Source: Lytechinus pictus (taxonomy: Eukaryota). From it: a stretch of 64,000 nt of DNA. The first letter of the stretch is position 1. Each line of letters starts with the position of its first letter. The translations under genes were made by a program, and so were the position numbers. Shown here piece after piece: positions 1 to 13,400 of this stretch. The DNA is taken from contig NC_087251.1 of assembly GCF_037042905.1 (NCBI RefSeq), positions 28,212,001 through 28,276,000 of the forward strand, in the 5' to 3' direction. The notes under the pieces are model-generated. The model searched no databases. It was not told the origin of the DNA and saw nothing but the letters and a program-made list of their open reading frames with translations.

Positions 1-1150
1 TAATAGATGTTGATGTTGCTGGCCGTCCATAGTTGCGATTGATCGGATCAATCATAACTCTTTGTAAGACGGGGCCCAGGACTATAACATCATTGGCCGA
101 TAAATTCAAGCAAGGAACTTGAGAAATCCTACTCGGTAGTATTATTTCCATAGCTCTACTTGGTTGATTCCAGATTTGAAATATATTATAATGGGAAAAT
201 TTTGATATATGAGGAAATTTAGATCTGAAAGTGGTTGAAAGTCTTTTGGTGACACTGAATTTTTTGTATTTCATTATTTTGTTCAACATCCTGGGCCATC
301 ACCCGTCAAAAAAAAAATGTAATGACTCGGCCCAAGTACGCCTTGATTTGGGAACTTTGCTGATCTTCACCTGCCCAAAATGCTGCACTGAAAGAGAACC
401 ATACCATCCAGAATTCATATGGAAGCAAGACTCACAACTCATCCATCTCATGATGTCCAGTTCTCTTCAGACCATAGTTATGAACAGCCTCGGAAGACAA
501 CCAAAGTAGGTTATAGGCTAACTTCAGTGCAAACTCTGTATAAATGGGTCATTTAGACCATCAAAATTTGTTGCATTATGTTAATGAGAAAATAAGAAAA
601 ATCATAACAATACACATACGGAATTTAGACCCATTCAGACAAGATTTGTTGCATTATGTTTATCAGAAAATCAATACTTAAAAAATTAAGGAATTCATCA
701 GAAGCAGAGTTTACCTTACAAATCCGTTTGTAAAGTTATGTATAACTTTACAAATGGCTGTAATTGTAGATTTTAAATATGGAGCTAACATTCATAATTG
801 ATTATTTCTATGGGCAAAGATTTTTTTTTTGCACAATTGAGTCAAATTCTTGGGCATGTGATCATCCTTTAGTAGTGATAAAAAGAAATTCCAGGTGTTT
901 GTAAAATTGTCGCTAACCCATCTCAATATACACAAGTGGGAATTTTTACAATCAGTATACTTTCGAAAAATGGCCTTCTGTATAAAAAAAATCATAGAGA
1001 AATGAGTATACTCGAATCTATGATGGCAAGCTTATGGGTACTGTTAAAGTAACTTGCAAGAGGTAAAAATAAAATATTGAAATACATGTTTAGTTGTCAA
1101 AATTGATCATATCTGGAATTTTAGGGCCAACATACTGTCTCCTTTTGTTT

Positions 1151-1682
1151 TTGTCTCGCCTGCATAGCATAGCGAGGCTCTAGGCGCCGCTTTTGCGGTG
1201 GCGGCGGCGTCGTCAATGAAATCTTAACCAAGGTTAAGCTTTTGAAATGTCATCATAACTTATAAAGTATATGAACCTAGTTCATGAAACTTGGACATAA
1301 GGATGATAGTGTATCACTGAACATCCTGTGTGAGTTTCAGGTCACATGACCAAAATCAAAGGTCATTTAGGGTAAAAGAACTTTGGCCATTTTTGGGGTA
1401 ATTGTTGAATTGGCATCATAACTTTGAAAGTTTGTGGATCTGGTTCATGAAACATAGACATAAGGGTAATCAACTATTAATGATTGTTTTGCACCTGTCT
1501 TAGGTCACATGATCATGGTCAAAGGTCATGTTGGGTCAATCGACATAGTATTTTATTATCTTATTATCATATTAGTGTTTTCTTTTGTGAATAATTATTT
1601 AATAGCTGCGTTAAAAGTTAGCACTGCTGCTATATCGAATCGCGTAATGCAGGCGAGACTGCCAGAGGCATTCCACTTGTTT
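1151..1682. mobile_element. Helentron-associated (HINE/DINE-1-like) non-autonomous element
   Basis: Subterminal inverted repeats GTCTCGCCTGCAT (~1153) and ATGCAGGCGAGAC (~1648), a small terminal hairpin TGCCAGAGGCA, a CTTGTT end in a T run, and internal GGTCACATGA/AAGGTCA repeat units. Same family as 48562-50178. Confidence 0.65.
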
Positions 1683-3548
1683 TCCAAATTGTGCCTTAGC
1701 ATCTTTATCACAAGCAGTCATCTCGCATTGTGTTACCAATCAGAATTGATTATTGAAATGAAATTGTTTAAAAACTGAAAACCCCAAAAAGCTACAGATA
1801 ATTTGGGTTTTTGTGACCTTTGACCCAAATGGGGTGCCGATTCTGTTAAAATCTCTGACTTCAGTGTTTTTACTCATAGTTAGTGTTGTTTTATTGATGT
1901 AGTGTATATGTCTTCAAGAACACTTGTATAACCTAGAATGTTCACTTTGCCCACTCATGACATATTAAATTTGTAGTTCATATATTTTATTTCCATGTGA
2001 TAAAGAAATTTCATCATTTTTTAAAAGTATATTTTTTCACTCTTATTACCATAACTTCAAATTCATTTTTTACCAGGTTTCTCTGTCAGGAGATCATCAG
2101 TGCCCGTACACCCAGGTGTGACCTCTACATTATGCTTCCTTTGTACAATCTTAGTGACTTTACCAACCAACCAACCAGCTGCATCCTTATCCCTTGCCCT
2201 TGCAGCAGACGGTTGGCCATCGATCTCCAGATCAGCTAAAGATTGATAAAGTTCAGGTGGTAAGTAAAAACCCACATCCTATTTCAGAGGAGTGTTTCAT
2301 GAAAATATTTGAAAGTGATATTCACTGACTTAAATTTTCACTTAGCCAATCAAATGCAAGGTTATAGGCTTAAGGCCCCTGTTGCATTTGTATCAAACAC
2401 GGAGGCGGCTTTACGTAGACCTGTATTACACCCCCCTTTTTCTAAAAAGCTGGACTGACGCCGGCTTGATTTGAGTCAACCTCTGGATGTGGTTCAGCCT
2501 CAGTTCCGCAAAAGTTATACCCCCAGGTGGACTCAAGCCAGCTTTACCCTAAAGAGGGGGCGGATTCCATCCCCCTCCCCCACCTCAACATTTTTCATGA
2601 TAAATCTACCGCGCAACATTTTTCAACCACGCTGCTCAATAACTTATTACTTTCAAGTCTCATGCAACTTTAAACATATTTTTCAAAAACGTGAATTCAT
2701 GTACATATCAAATGCATATTGTGTTTTTTTAGTCAAAATTCATAAATGTATCATTGTTTCTACTTTTACTGAGTAAAATCAATTGATTTTGCCTTGTTTA
2801 TGATCAAAATTAAGTTGGCAAGTCGGAGATATTCCCCAACCCCTATGGTCTTATATCATCTTACTCCACATAGATAATTCTACAGTGGGTGCCTATCTCA
2901 ATTATGTGGCGGTACCAAATCCATTTACTGCAATATATAGCAGCCCAAGAAATACAGGACTAGTTCAGTTGGCACAATATTTTATTTATCGCATCCCACC
3001 TACTTGGAAAAAAAAATGAAAAAGCAGATAGATTTTCCCGGAACCTCAATAATTGAGCATTGTGGATACTAGACACTTTAATGATCGAGCATTGTGGATG
3101 TTAGACACAACAGTGTTTACCAGTGTTGTCAGTAGTTTCTGTTTACCACGTATTGACCTATTTGCCACCAGATTTAACTTTACAGGTATATGTCACGGTC
3201 AGTAGACCTGGGAGCCAAGATTACGGATGCCTTAACTCTGTGAATTGGGGCCAATTTTGTTTCTAGATCCTCCCCCCCCCCCAACTTTGCCTCATTAGAA
3301 ATTGTATACAGAAAATGTGGAAGGACAAAGCTATGCTGCTAGTTCTTGTCACTGACAGGCCCTGTCAACCATGGTTCCAGCTAAGGTTCTGATCAACCTG
3401 ACACTTGGGAAACCTATGTTCATACCTTAATCATGCTCACATTTGGTTAATTCAGTTACACATGAACTATGTCCACTGATCATCGCTTTGATCTTGTATG
3501 TTGCAGGCTTTGCCAGATGCATGGTAAAGGATAGGACGAAGCGACAGA

Positions 3549-3740
3549 ACCACTTCCAGGTGGATTAAGCAAACTGTGGCTGCAGCTGGAACCAACACAG
3601 ACGTGTACAAGGTCCACTCCACAATTACAAGGACTACAGCTTTGTCAGCCGCTAGCAGTGATAATATACCAGTGAAACTGATTCTTGACCAAGCTGGATG
3701 ATCAAGTGCAAAGGCTTTCCAAAAGTACTCTAAGAAACCA
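3549..3740 (+). pseudogene. DIRS-type retrotransposon tyrosine recombinase C-terminal relic
   Basis: Translates TTSRWIKQTVAAAGTNTDVYKVHSTITRTTALSAASSDNIPVKLILDQAG*SSAKAFQKYSKKP. This matches the DIRS YR pattern SRWI..AG.D....HSTR...S.A......IL..AGWSS...F.KFY.KP, with W changed to a stop and a small insertion in HxxR. Confidence 0.8.
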
Positions 3741-4504
3741 AGGGAAGCTCTAGGACAAAGTACATCAACTAGGGTTTGTGTCAGCAGCGGTTGGACACCA
3801 ATGGAGACAGAGGATGAAGCAGATGGGTAGTTTAGATATTTTCCATGAAAAAAACTCTGTTGCTTACACACTTCTGGTCAGATCATCATACCTGGCTCAT
3901 TGTGATGTAATTTCTAAAAGTCATTACTTCATAATATAGTAAGATTAAAGACGAACAAAGTGTAATCATTAATTTATAAGTAATGTAAGGGAATATACTT
4001 TGTCCCCTGCCTCTCACCCTAAGTGGTTTTCAAAACAGGCAAAGTTCTTGGTAATCTTCCTTTTTGTAGTGGCAGATGTCACAATCTAAATTATTCTTCT
4101 GAGATTGAAGACAAGATCTTTTATACCCACTAACTGGCTGTCATTGTGATGTATCTGCTCCCCTTACGTTATTTATGAAGTATTGACTAACCTTGAAACA
4201 GGTAAGTTCTTGCTCAATCTCACCATTTTGTTTTATGATTCTATGTATCATCAACAATTTTGACAAAATTGAAGTCATTTAAAAGCTGGTAGATATTGAG
4301 GTTTGCCATACACGGCACGAGAACACCTATCATCAGGCAGACCGTATTGGTTGCCCAGTGCAAGATGATTTCATTTCTATTTTTAATCCTGGAGAAATTT
4401 ACAGCCGTTACTACCCAATGTTTTTGTTTAGGGCTGTGACGCAAATGTTAAGTAATCAATTGCTAATTGCAGTGGCTAATCACGATCATTATAGCATGCA
4501 CCAG

Positions 4505-4827
4505 CAGGGTTCCCAGCCCATCAGGGAAAATTATTTTACTTTTTTCTAGTCAGGGAAAAATCAGGGAATTTTGATCAGCCCACAAGTTGAAAGCACAGTA
4601 ATCATTCAGACTCAGTTTTATTTTGTTGCATATCAAAACAACATCCATTGAATGACTGGCTATGGTAGTACTGATTAGTTTTACATTATTGTTTTTCACT
4701 GAAAATACATGTAATTCACTGCAACAACTTAGAAAACATGCGAAACTGTGAATGGGTTTAAATAATTATCAGGGAATTTTTAAACTTCTTCAGGGAATTT
4801 TGTTTTCTTGAAAAGCTGGGAACCCTG
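4505..4827. mobile_element. MITE with CAGGGTTCCCAGC TIRs and 5-bp TSD (hAT5-like)
   Basis: ACCAG|CAGGGTTCCCAGC ... GCTGGGAACCCTG|ACCAG; repeated internal TCAGGGAA motifs. Confidence 0.7.
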
Positions 4828-5044
4828 ACCAGGAACTGATCAATAGTTGTTTCATATTTGCAATCCATCGTAAAGCCTTGTGTTAAAAGGCCCAAGTATC
4901 TAGAGGAGCAAACACCATTTTCTGGAAGTCAAATTTAGGTTTTCTCTTTAATACAGGAGGTTTCTGTGATGCAAATCAAAGTGAATGAACCAAACGTCAT
5001 TTTAAGCTGCATGTCAATTTTCAGAAACCGTGGCAGTATCAAAT

Positions 5045-5491
5045 TGTGACCCACTACCTCAAAACCAATGATAAGTCGTGAGGGAACGTTCTCTGTATAT
5101 AGGCAAAATGGTAATTTGGTATTTGAAAAGTAAAGCCTAGAAAATTAGCCTATTGGAAAGAGAAATTTTTCTTCCATACTTTCAAATTTAGAAGTTGTAA
5201 AGTTACCAAATAATATGAGTTTTTTTACAGGAGATGTTTTACAGAGATAACAAAGTGAGCACATCTCATGCTTGAGTGAACCACAAGCGTCGGACCTTTT
5301 CTACTAATTAATTGAAACTTTCACTGAATTTCTTCTACATTCATTCAAGTACTTAATTTGCTTACTGACTATTAAATCGATTTTGGCAAGTTCTGTATTA
5401 TTTTAACTTTGAGGTTGTGCTTTTTCAAACTCAATAAAATTCTTGATATTCATTTTGTCAACATATTGTTGGTTTTGGGGTGGTAGGTCAC
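5045..5491. mobile_element. TIR MITE (TGTGACC...GGTCACA); second copy at ~56601-57068
   Basis: TIRs TGTGACCCACTACCTCAAAACCAA / TTGGTTTTGGGGTGGTAGGTCACA. The internal CACATCTCATGCTTGAGTGAACC is shared with ~56842. Confidence 0.65.
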
Positions 5492-8400
5492 AATTATGAG
5501 ACTTTAATATGCATTCAATTCTCATGAAATCACTTTTGTTATGTATTATATGATGACTTTGTGTAGCTCTAAGGAGCAGGTCCAAGCTATTTTCTCTTTA
5601 CTTACAGTTCGAAATATCTGAATTATCTGTTTCTGTAAGGCATGCTTACTAGTAGTCAAAATATTAATTTGTGCACTGGGATGGAAGTGACTTGCAAGTA
5701 TTGTGAGGCTAAAGCCCTTTTCACACTGTGCAATCCACTGCGAAATCATTTTTCAACAAATCGCATTTTGCATTAAATATGAAAGTTCCAAGAAATAAAA
5801 TTATTTCATTTAAAGTTTGGCACAATGTTAGAAATACTAGAATCATATTTTTACTTTGCAGCAAGCCCTGTGGTCCGAGTAAAGTCCAAAACGGCTTCAA
5901 GTCGCAGCCAAAGAGGACGTCATTACAATTTGGAATTGAATTTGTTTTTATTCATTTAGGGAGGCTCAAACTGGATTGAATTTCAATTTCAGTAGTCCTA
6001 CCACTATTCTTAACTCTGATCTGTAAGATTGTATTTGTTGGAATGTCCATATCAAATGTTATCACAATTTCTTTGAAATTTGGATCGCAATGAATCGCAT
6101 AGTGTGAGCTGGGCTTTAGGCTTCATGAAAATGAAGATGGTGTGGTGATAACACCCTGTACCTTTTGTAATTTTGTAATAGGGTTTTGTTTTGTTTTGAC
6201 TATTCTGCAAAAGTGGATCCAAAGGTTTTCCAGAGTTTTTGCCTTTAGTGTTTTATCTCTGGTTTTTTACCCTGGATCTACTTGTCGTAGAATCGTTAAA
6301 ACAAGCATACCCCTTGTATTTTGCCCATAACTACCTATATACATATCTATTTTTCCATTAATATTATTGATAGTTCCGTCAAATTTCTTTAATTATACAC
6401 CAAGAAAGTTTATATTGTGAACATTTTTAATTTGAATATTATCTATTTCAATTTCTTAATGAGAGAACAGATATTTAAATACACAGAATATTGCATCTTC
6501 GGTAATATAAATTTAAAAAAGGTCCAAATATACTTTGTTGTTGGACACTGTATGTTACGGGCAAAATATCAGATTTAACATTAACATAACTGTATCTGAT
6601 CAAAGAGCTTATTTTCAAACTATTTATATGCAACACTACTGATGCCATACATGTCAACAAAAATAGCCATAAGAATTTCTTAGCTATTCATCAGTTAAAA
6701 ACATCCTAAAATTATAATTTTAATCTCTAGAAGCCAAGTAGAATTTTTGTGCAAAATAAGTTGACTGGACCCCAAACCTGGATGAATGAATTTGGATGAA
6801 TGCCAATGATATCAAATCAGCCTGTCTTTGTTCATCTCATTGATATCAGGATTATGAAGTCAATTCTTGTACATTGACTGACAATACATAATGCTTTGAT
6901 GTATACATGACCATATTTTAGACATGTTTTTAGGGGATTTATTGTTTCTTGGATTTTCTTTTTCAAATTTTCCAAAGACCCAGTTATGATATATTATGCC
7001 AGTCATATATTTTTTTTCTTAATTCAGAAAAAAAAAGTATATAGTGTGGAAAAATTGATTTTATATTATTGGATCAGTTTAGATCCATGAAAAGTTTATG
7101 ATTGTTGCAAAGCAATTCAGGGGGAGTGTTTCACAAACAATTAAATAAACAGATGATAGTTAATGTTAAGTTTCATTGATTATTATGCAGTGGAGCATTT
7201 CCCATGAGTGTGACCCAACCTGTTTGGTGGTCTGCTATTTTTAAAACAAACTTGGAATTTATCAATGATTTTTAGTAACACATAAAACTTTGCGAAACAC
7301 CCCTTTGGTTTGTTTTACATATATTCTCATATAGCTTGGACCTGCCCTAGAGTGTTTGTTTGATTGTCTGTACTATATACCGGTACTTGCTTTGTATCCA
7401 TGATGTTATTTTTCTTTCTTGAAAACAATGTAAGACCAGCAGCCCAGAAGATTTATCCAAGTTGGAAGGCCATAGCGGTTGACCTCTTTGATTGATGGAA
7501 TAGGCCCTAGAACTCACAAACATGGCTTCCTGTCTGGTTTGAGCTGGAGTCTTCCTGCCAGAATCACTCAATTAGTGACATCATTACCAAGAGATTTTTC
7601 AGTGTGCAGAATGGGGCACTGGACTCAGTTGGGCATGGTATACAGCTTCCATAATGTAAGTGCTTTATTTCTGATTTCAATGATATTTTGTATGGCCTAG
7701 AGTATGCAAGACAATGCGATAGGTTTTCCAGCAATTATTACTCTTAGGGTTAATATTTTGTTAAAGTGGTATCATGCAAATTGGGCTAATTATCCACGTT
7801 CTGAAACAAATGTATTTCTGAATAATGATATTTTTTATCTTTTGAATGAAATTCTTTTCATGAAAATCTATCAGAACATTAGTCCTGAGGGCAATTTTGT
7901 AAAATATGATGGGACAAAATCCTCATTGCTCTTTAATGTAATACTTCTCCCCATATCCTTTTTTTGGCTATGTGTCTCAATTTGTTGATCTTTATTGCAG
8001 TCTTTCTATTCTTCCATGTACTAGCCATTCCCTTTCTTATTCCCTAATCCTCTTTCTTCCTCATTACTCCACCCTCCTCCCCTCATATTTCACTTTTCCC
8101 TCTCCTTTCACCTTGACAATACTTGTATTATCTGTTGATCCATTGATTGTGTCCTTTCTTTATATACATCCATGTACTATCTGTTCAAGCTGTTTCTCTG
8201 AATTATCTTCATTTCACACCGTTGCAACATGATATTTACCATGACTGATATAATAATGTGCTAAAAACACAACTCTCTTTTACAATGAAATTTTGATACA
8301 AACTTTGAGCAGTATGAATTATTTTGTGAAAAATATATTCCCTATTTCTGTACATGTTAATATTTTGGACAGACTAATTTGGGTTATTTTTTCAAATTTT

Positions 8401-8899
8401 ATCCTGGTCCTTTCACCTCGAATCTCATGTTTGTAAATGCTGAATGTGTATCCATCATGAAATTACAGAATGTGTAGAGGTTCAATGGCTCCGTTGGAAA
8501 GGTACCGTGATGAAGGTAGCTTCTCAATATTGGTTCGTCTGCAAATTAAAAAAAAAATTACCCAATGTCGGATATAACGTTTCAACCCATTAAAATGAGC
8601 ACTGTGTGCTTCAATGGTTGTTCCATAATGTGTAAAATAAAGTGCTCCTTAAATCAGAGCAATACATGTTAGTCTGAATTCTAGATTCAGAAGTGCAATG
8701 TCAAATTTTGATTTCCACCTTGCCTGCAATTGTTGTTTACTGTTCAAGCCATTATGCAGGAGCCTTGCCTTTGTAATGTTTCTAGTCAAGTCTTACCAGT
8801 ATTTGTAATGGAATGTTTGCATGTTTGTCAAATTTCATCGATGGAGCAGTTCACCCAAAACGGTTTGGGGCTCGGCATTGATTAAGATCCATCGAGAAT

Positions 8900-10450
8900 G
8901 GGTTCGCTCTCCAAATTGATCCAGGATACTATTTGTATCTGCACAAAGAAAAGAACAGAAGAACTGTCAACCTGGTTGAAGACAGTGCTGCTGACTTCTG
9001 GAATTTGTTCCTATTGCATGTGACATCTTTGGGTTTTGATGTTTGGAAATCTGGCAAAGTTTTGATAATCCTCATGTATGCCACACTGCGAGCTATGCAA
9101 GCGCATCCACACGAATCACTGCAAAGAATCTGTTTTCAGCCTGAAAGCATTGTTGACGTTTTCCTTACAAAAGGGGTGTTTTTCATCTTCATTCGACTTG
9201 AGGGTATCATATCAAATCAAGTCCTTTATGTTGGGGTATAAAAATAAAATGAAAATATATTAGGGTCCATTTTTTAAATCAAAATGTTGTATGCCTTTGA
9301 GGTATGATTGGACTTAATGGAATTGTATGACATACACCATTAGGGATATAGATTTCACCAAGTGGTATCACATGAAATATGCCTTTAAAATTAATTTTAA
9401 ATGTGCTATGCCATTTGGGGTAAAAATTTAGGCTTTGTGGAATCATGTGGGAATGGCATCGAAGTTCATTTTTTAAAGTGTGTGGACATGCTTGGGTAGA
9501 GCGTGGTGTGGTTATTGACCCAGCTCCCCCCCCCCCCTGGTGCCTGACCAAGAGGAATGGTTTTCTTTTCAGCATATGTGTGCTATCTGGAACACTTGCA
9601 TTTATTGTGCAAGTCAGTGTACTGTGTATTGATTTGAATTCTTGTAAGACAGATTCTTGAAGTCTTTGTCAACACTCCTTTTCTTTGTCTAGAAGCAACA
9701 CTTTTTCCTAGGAAAGGATTTGATCATGTTTCCTGTGTATAGAAAATTTCATCTAGTTAAGGCATTCAGAAACATCCCTAAAAGTGAGGGGAATCATTGG
9801 TTTAATGTGCTCAAGGTACTCCTGCTTACCCTCATCAGTTATATTGGACCTATGGCTTCCATTCAGTTATTCAGGGTGGTTGAATCTTCCAAGTATCTTT
9901 GATGCCAAACTACAGGGTGATTGATTGTTCATTGACCTCCCCTGGAAACGATCCAGAATAACAACAGCTGCATCCCTTGATCTTGTACCATCTAGAAATC
10001 TTTCATGGGATATTGCATGTTTTTTGTAATGACATACAAAGCATATTTGGAGACCTTCATAGAATCAGTTCCTTCATTTTCTTTTTGGTCCCTCTGATCA
10101 TGTCTCAGTGAAGTTGAAGTTTCTTATTGGTCCTGACATAACTATACGGTACTGGGCTCTTCATCCACCTTCTAGTCTGTGAGTGGGGCAGTGATCCACC
10201 AGATTGTCAATATTTTCTCCAGTTTCCATTTCTTCATGTTGAATTAATTGTTGCATCATCCAAGGGTTTTTTTTCTGTTGGAAACACTTAAAGTCATATC
10301 CCATGTGAATGAGAATCGCATTTGTTTGCTTGGCTGGATTTATACGAGAGAGGCTGCTATATTGGGCAAGCATTGATGGATGGAACTGATTTTGTTGATC
10401 CAGTTGTCTTCCACTTGATTGGTTGATTGTTCCAGCTAAAACTCGCACAG
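8900..10450 (-). mobile_element. Heavily decayed Ty3/Gypsy-like gag-pro-RT remnant
   Basis: Frameshifted peptide remnants in the expected order on -: NWINK, NPAKQTNAILIHMG and ETGENIDNLV (gag-like), a Cys/His knuckle-like stretch near 9600, TFKINFKGIFHVIP (protease-like) and YP...GL (pre-RT). Recognised by eye only. Confidence 0.45.
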
Positions 10451-13400
10451 GATGTTAATGACACTTTGGCTTAAGATGTGGTTTCCTTCATCCAATCTGG
10501 AACGAATGTTAGAAATTTTATTGGGTGCAGTCTAAGAATTTGCTTCTGAACAACTCTTTGGCTAAAGAAATGGATTCCTAATTCCAGTTTTGAATGAGTT
10601 TTAGAAATTGTATTGGTTGCCGAATGTGAAATTTGACATTGCACTTCATGACTAGGGTAGATGCATTGTACTGTAATGATTAATGGGGGTTATAAACCGT
10701 TATGGGATATAAAGCGCACTTACTCAGGATGAGCCTATGTTGAGGGTCTAACCTATTAGATCTAGATTCACATACCTTGCCAATGCCATCTCTATTCGCC
10801 TTATCTCTCAGAGTTGTGTGGTGGAATGATGGATACTATACAGGGGCCTAAGAACTGGGGTGGGGGGCTTCCGCTTGGGGACTGGAGCCCCCATTTTTTC
10901 AAACGTGTACAAAAACATAAAAATGACCATCTGATTGACCTTTTGCATGGTCTGTCCCCCACTTTCAAACTGTGGCCCTTGTAGTATGCAAACAAACAAT
11001 TGGTTCCTTTGTGATGGTGAAATAAAATTACCTTGACAGGGAAACAGTGAAAAACAAAAGAAATACTTTTTCCTGCTAAATATTTTAACCAAAATGCAAT
11101 GTTCATAGAAACACTATAGCATCATGTACAGAAAAGGGTGTATTTATTTCACAAATTTAAAATTCATTTACTCATTTTAAAAAAAATGTTCCCCTTCCCC
11201 CCCAAAAAAAATCACTGAACAAAAATATGTGAAATCATTCAAATACATTATTGAATAAATATGCAGAATATATTTTTTGTTTATATTTAAAAAAGTATTA
11301 TAAAAATAAACAAGAAAATTTTTAAAGATTAAAAACAAAAACATTGTAATATCAGTCATGGATAATAAATGTTGAAAGGACGTGAAATGATGGAAGATTG
11401 ACAGATATAGGAAGCACTTCATGAAGAGGTTTTTTTTTCAGTGATTATCACAGACTAATTTGCTCGTAGCCAGTCACATGCAAGAAAATCACTGAAAAAA
11501 ATCTTCATGAAATGCTTTCTTGGATGGATAGTACAGGGAGGTATTGAGAGAGAGCACAATTAGTAGATTAACTGCTAAACTTGTAAAAAGGAGGAGAAAA
11601 GTGGAAAGAGAGGGGAGGGGAAGATGGTAGTGAGGAAGGGAGCAGATTAAAGGAAATAGGGTGGTGGCTTTGTTCAAGGATGAATAAAAAGACTACAAAG
11701 GGGATTAACATAATGATTCATAGTATTGAAAAGAGAATGGGGAGGGTATGGGGGAAGATAAGGGGGAGGTGATGGGGGGCCTAAATTCTCCCCAAGTGAT
11801 ATTGTTACCCCCAGTATAAATGTGATGCAAAACCAATGCTATTGTCTTGCGTACTTTAAGCTATACACAAAGTAACATTGAACTTGAAAATAAAGCACCT
11901 GCATTAAAGATGCGGTATACCATGCATGACGGTGTCCAGTGTTTCACTCTGTACACTTGAAAATAGGACTATTGGTAATGGTGTCACACTTGAGTGATTT
12001 TGGTAAGAAGGCCCAGCTCAGACAGGAGGTCATTTTGTGAGGGTTGGGGTTATGTTCCATTAAATCAAGGGGTCAGTTGCTATGGTGATACAACTTGGAT
12101 GAATCTTCTGGGCTGCTGGTCACTTTTTTTTTGTATTAAATATTACCAAGTTTAAAAGGAAGATATCCAATAAATCACTTTGAAAATGAAGAAAAATTAT
12201 TTCATTGTCTTAGTGTAATGCTTGTTTGTACACATTGTACCTGTATGCTGTCTGTCAAATATTGCCCTGTACCCCAGTTTAAGCCCGCCATCTCCCCAAC
12301 CCCCCCCTTTATTTTTGCAAGCCAAAACGGACGTTCCTGAAATTTCTTGCTCTTGCATTTATCACCAGTGGCTGATCCAAGCAGGAGCATGCACCCCCTC
12401 CCTTTATATTTTCAGAATCACCCTGAGCATAAGCCTACAGCTTAAGGCTAGGAAAATTTTTATCTGCACCCCTGGATCCGCCACTGGTACTGTACAGAGT
12501 GAAGAAGGTAATCAAAATTTTGAAAGCTGATGTGCATCATACAATTTCCTTCTTTTTTTTCATGTTAGACCAAGATAAAACTTCCACTAATGGCTTGATA
12601 TTTTATTTTTCTAATATCAACTTTCATTATTTCAATTACCTTTTTGCGCACTGTACAAGTACTTAAAAGCATCAGGAAATTATCGAGGTAGAAATTGGCA
12701 AAATTCAAAACCTCTATTTCAAGAACGTCATATTTTGGCATGCAGCACTTGAGCCTGCCGCACTCTACACAATCTGATACAACACAATTTTTTTCTAACA
12801 TATCAGTTTTTCCATTTAAATGTGAAGAAGTGAAAGAATTTTAAATGAAGTTTGGCATAATGCTAGGATTGAGATGCTCGGCATAAAGTCATAGCCGATG
12901 ACATTATTTTGGGTTGCATTTGCTTTTATTCCTTCAGGGAGCTTAAAAATAGACTAGAATTACGATGTCAGTATTTAAATCAATATCTTTAAGATCTTTA
13001 TATGTTGGAATTACAATTGCTTTAAAAAATCAGATTGCAACGGATCTTTTAGTGTGCGGCAGGCTTAAGATTCAAACTCCCCCCCCCCTGTCCCAACCAG
13101 ATTCTACATTTTGATAACTGTTGCAAAATGGATTGAAATTTATGGCAAACTTTTCTTTTCAATAAATTACAATTAATAACATGGCATTCAATACTGCATT
13201 ATCCTGTTATTTTTAGATGAAGTATTTCTTTATCTGCCCAAATGGAAAAAAAGACTTGATCAATTCCAAAGTTTTTCAATAATATAAGAAAATCATTGAG
13301 TAAAATATTGTCATTAGTAAATACCTCAATAACAATGCACTTTGCAACATACCAAGTATAAATAATAAATAAAAAAATTAAGGGACGTTGCATAGTATTT

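Noticed and set aside
3467..3871. 134-aa minus-strand ORF
   Set aside because: It is the antisense of the DIRS recombinase relic; the meaningful frame is on +.
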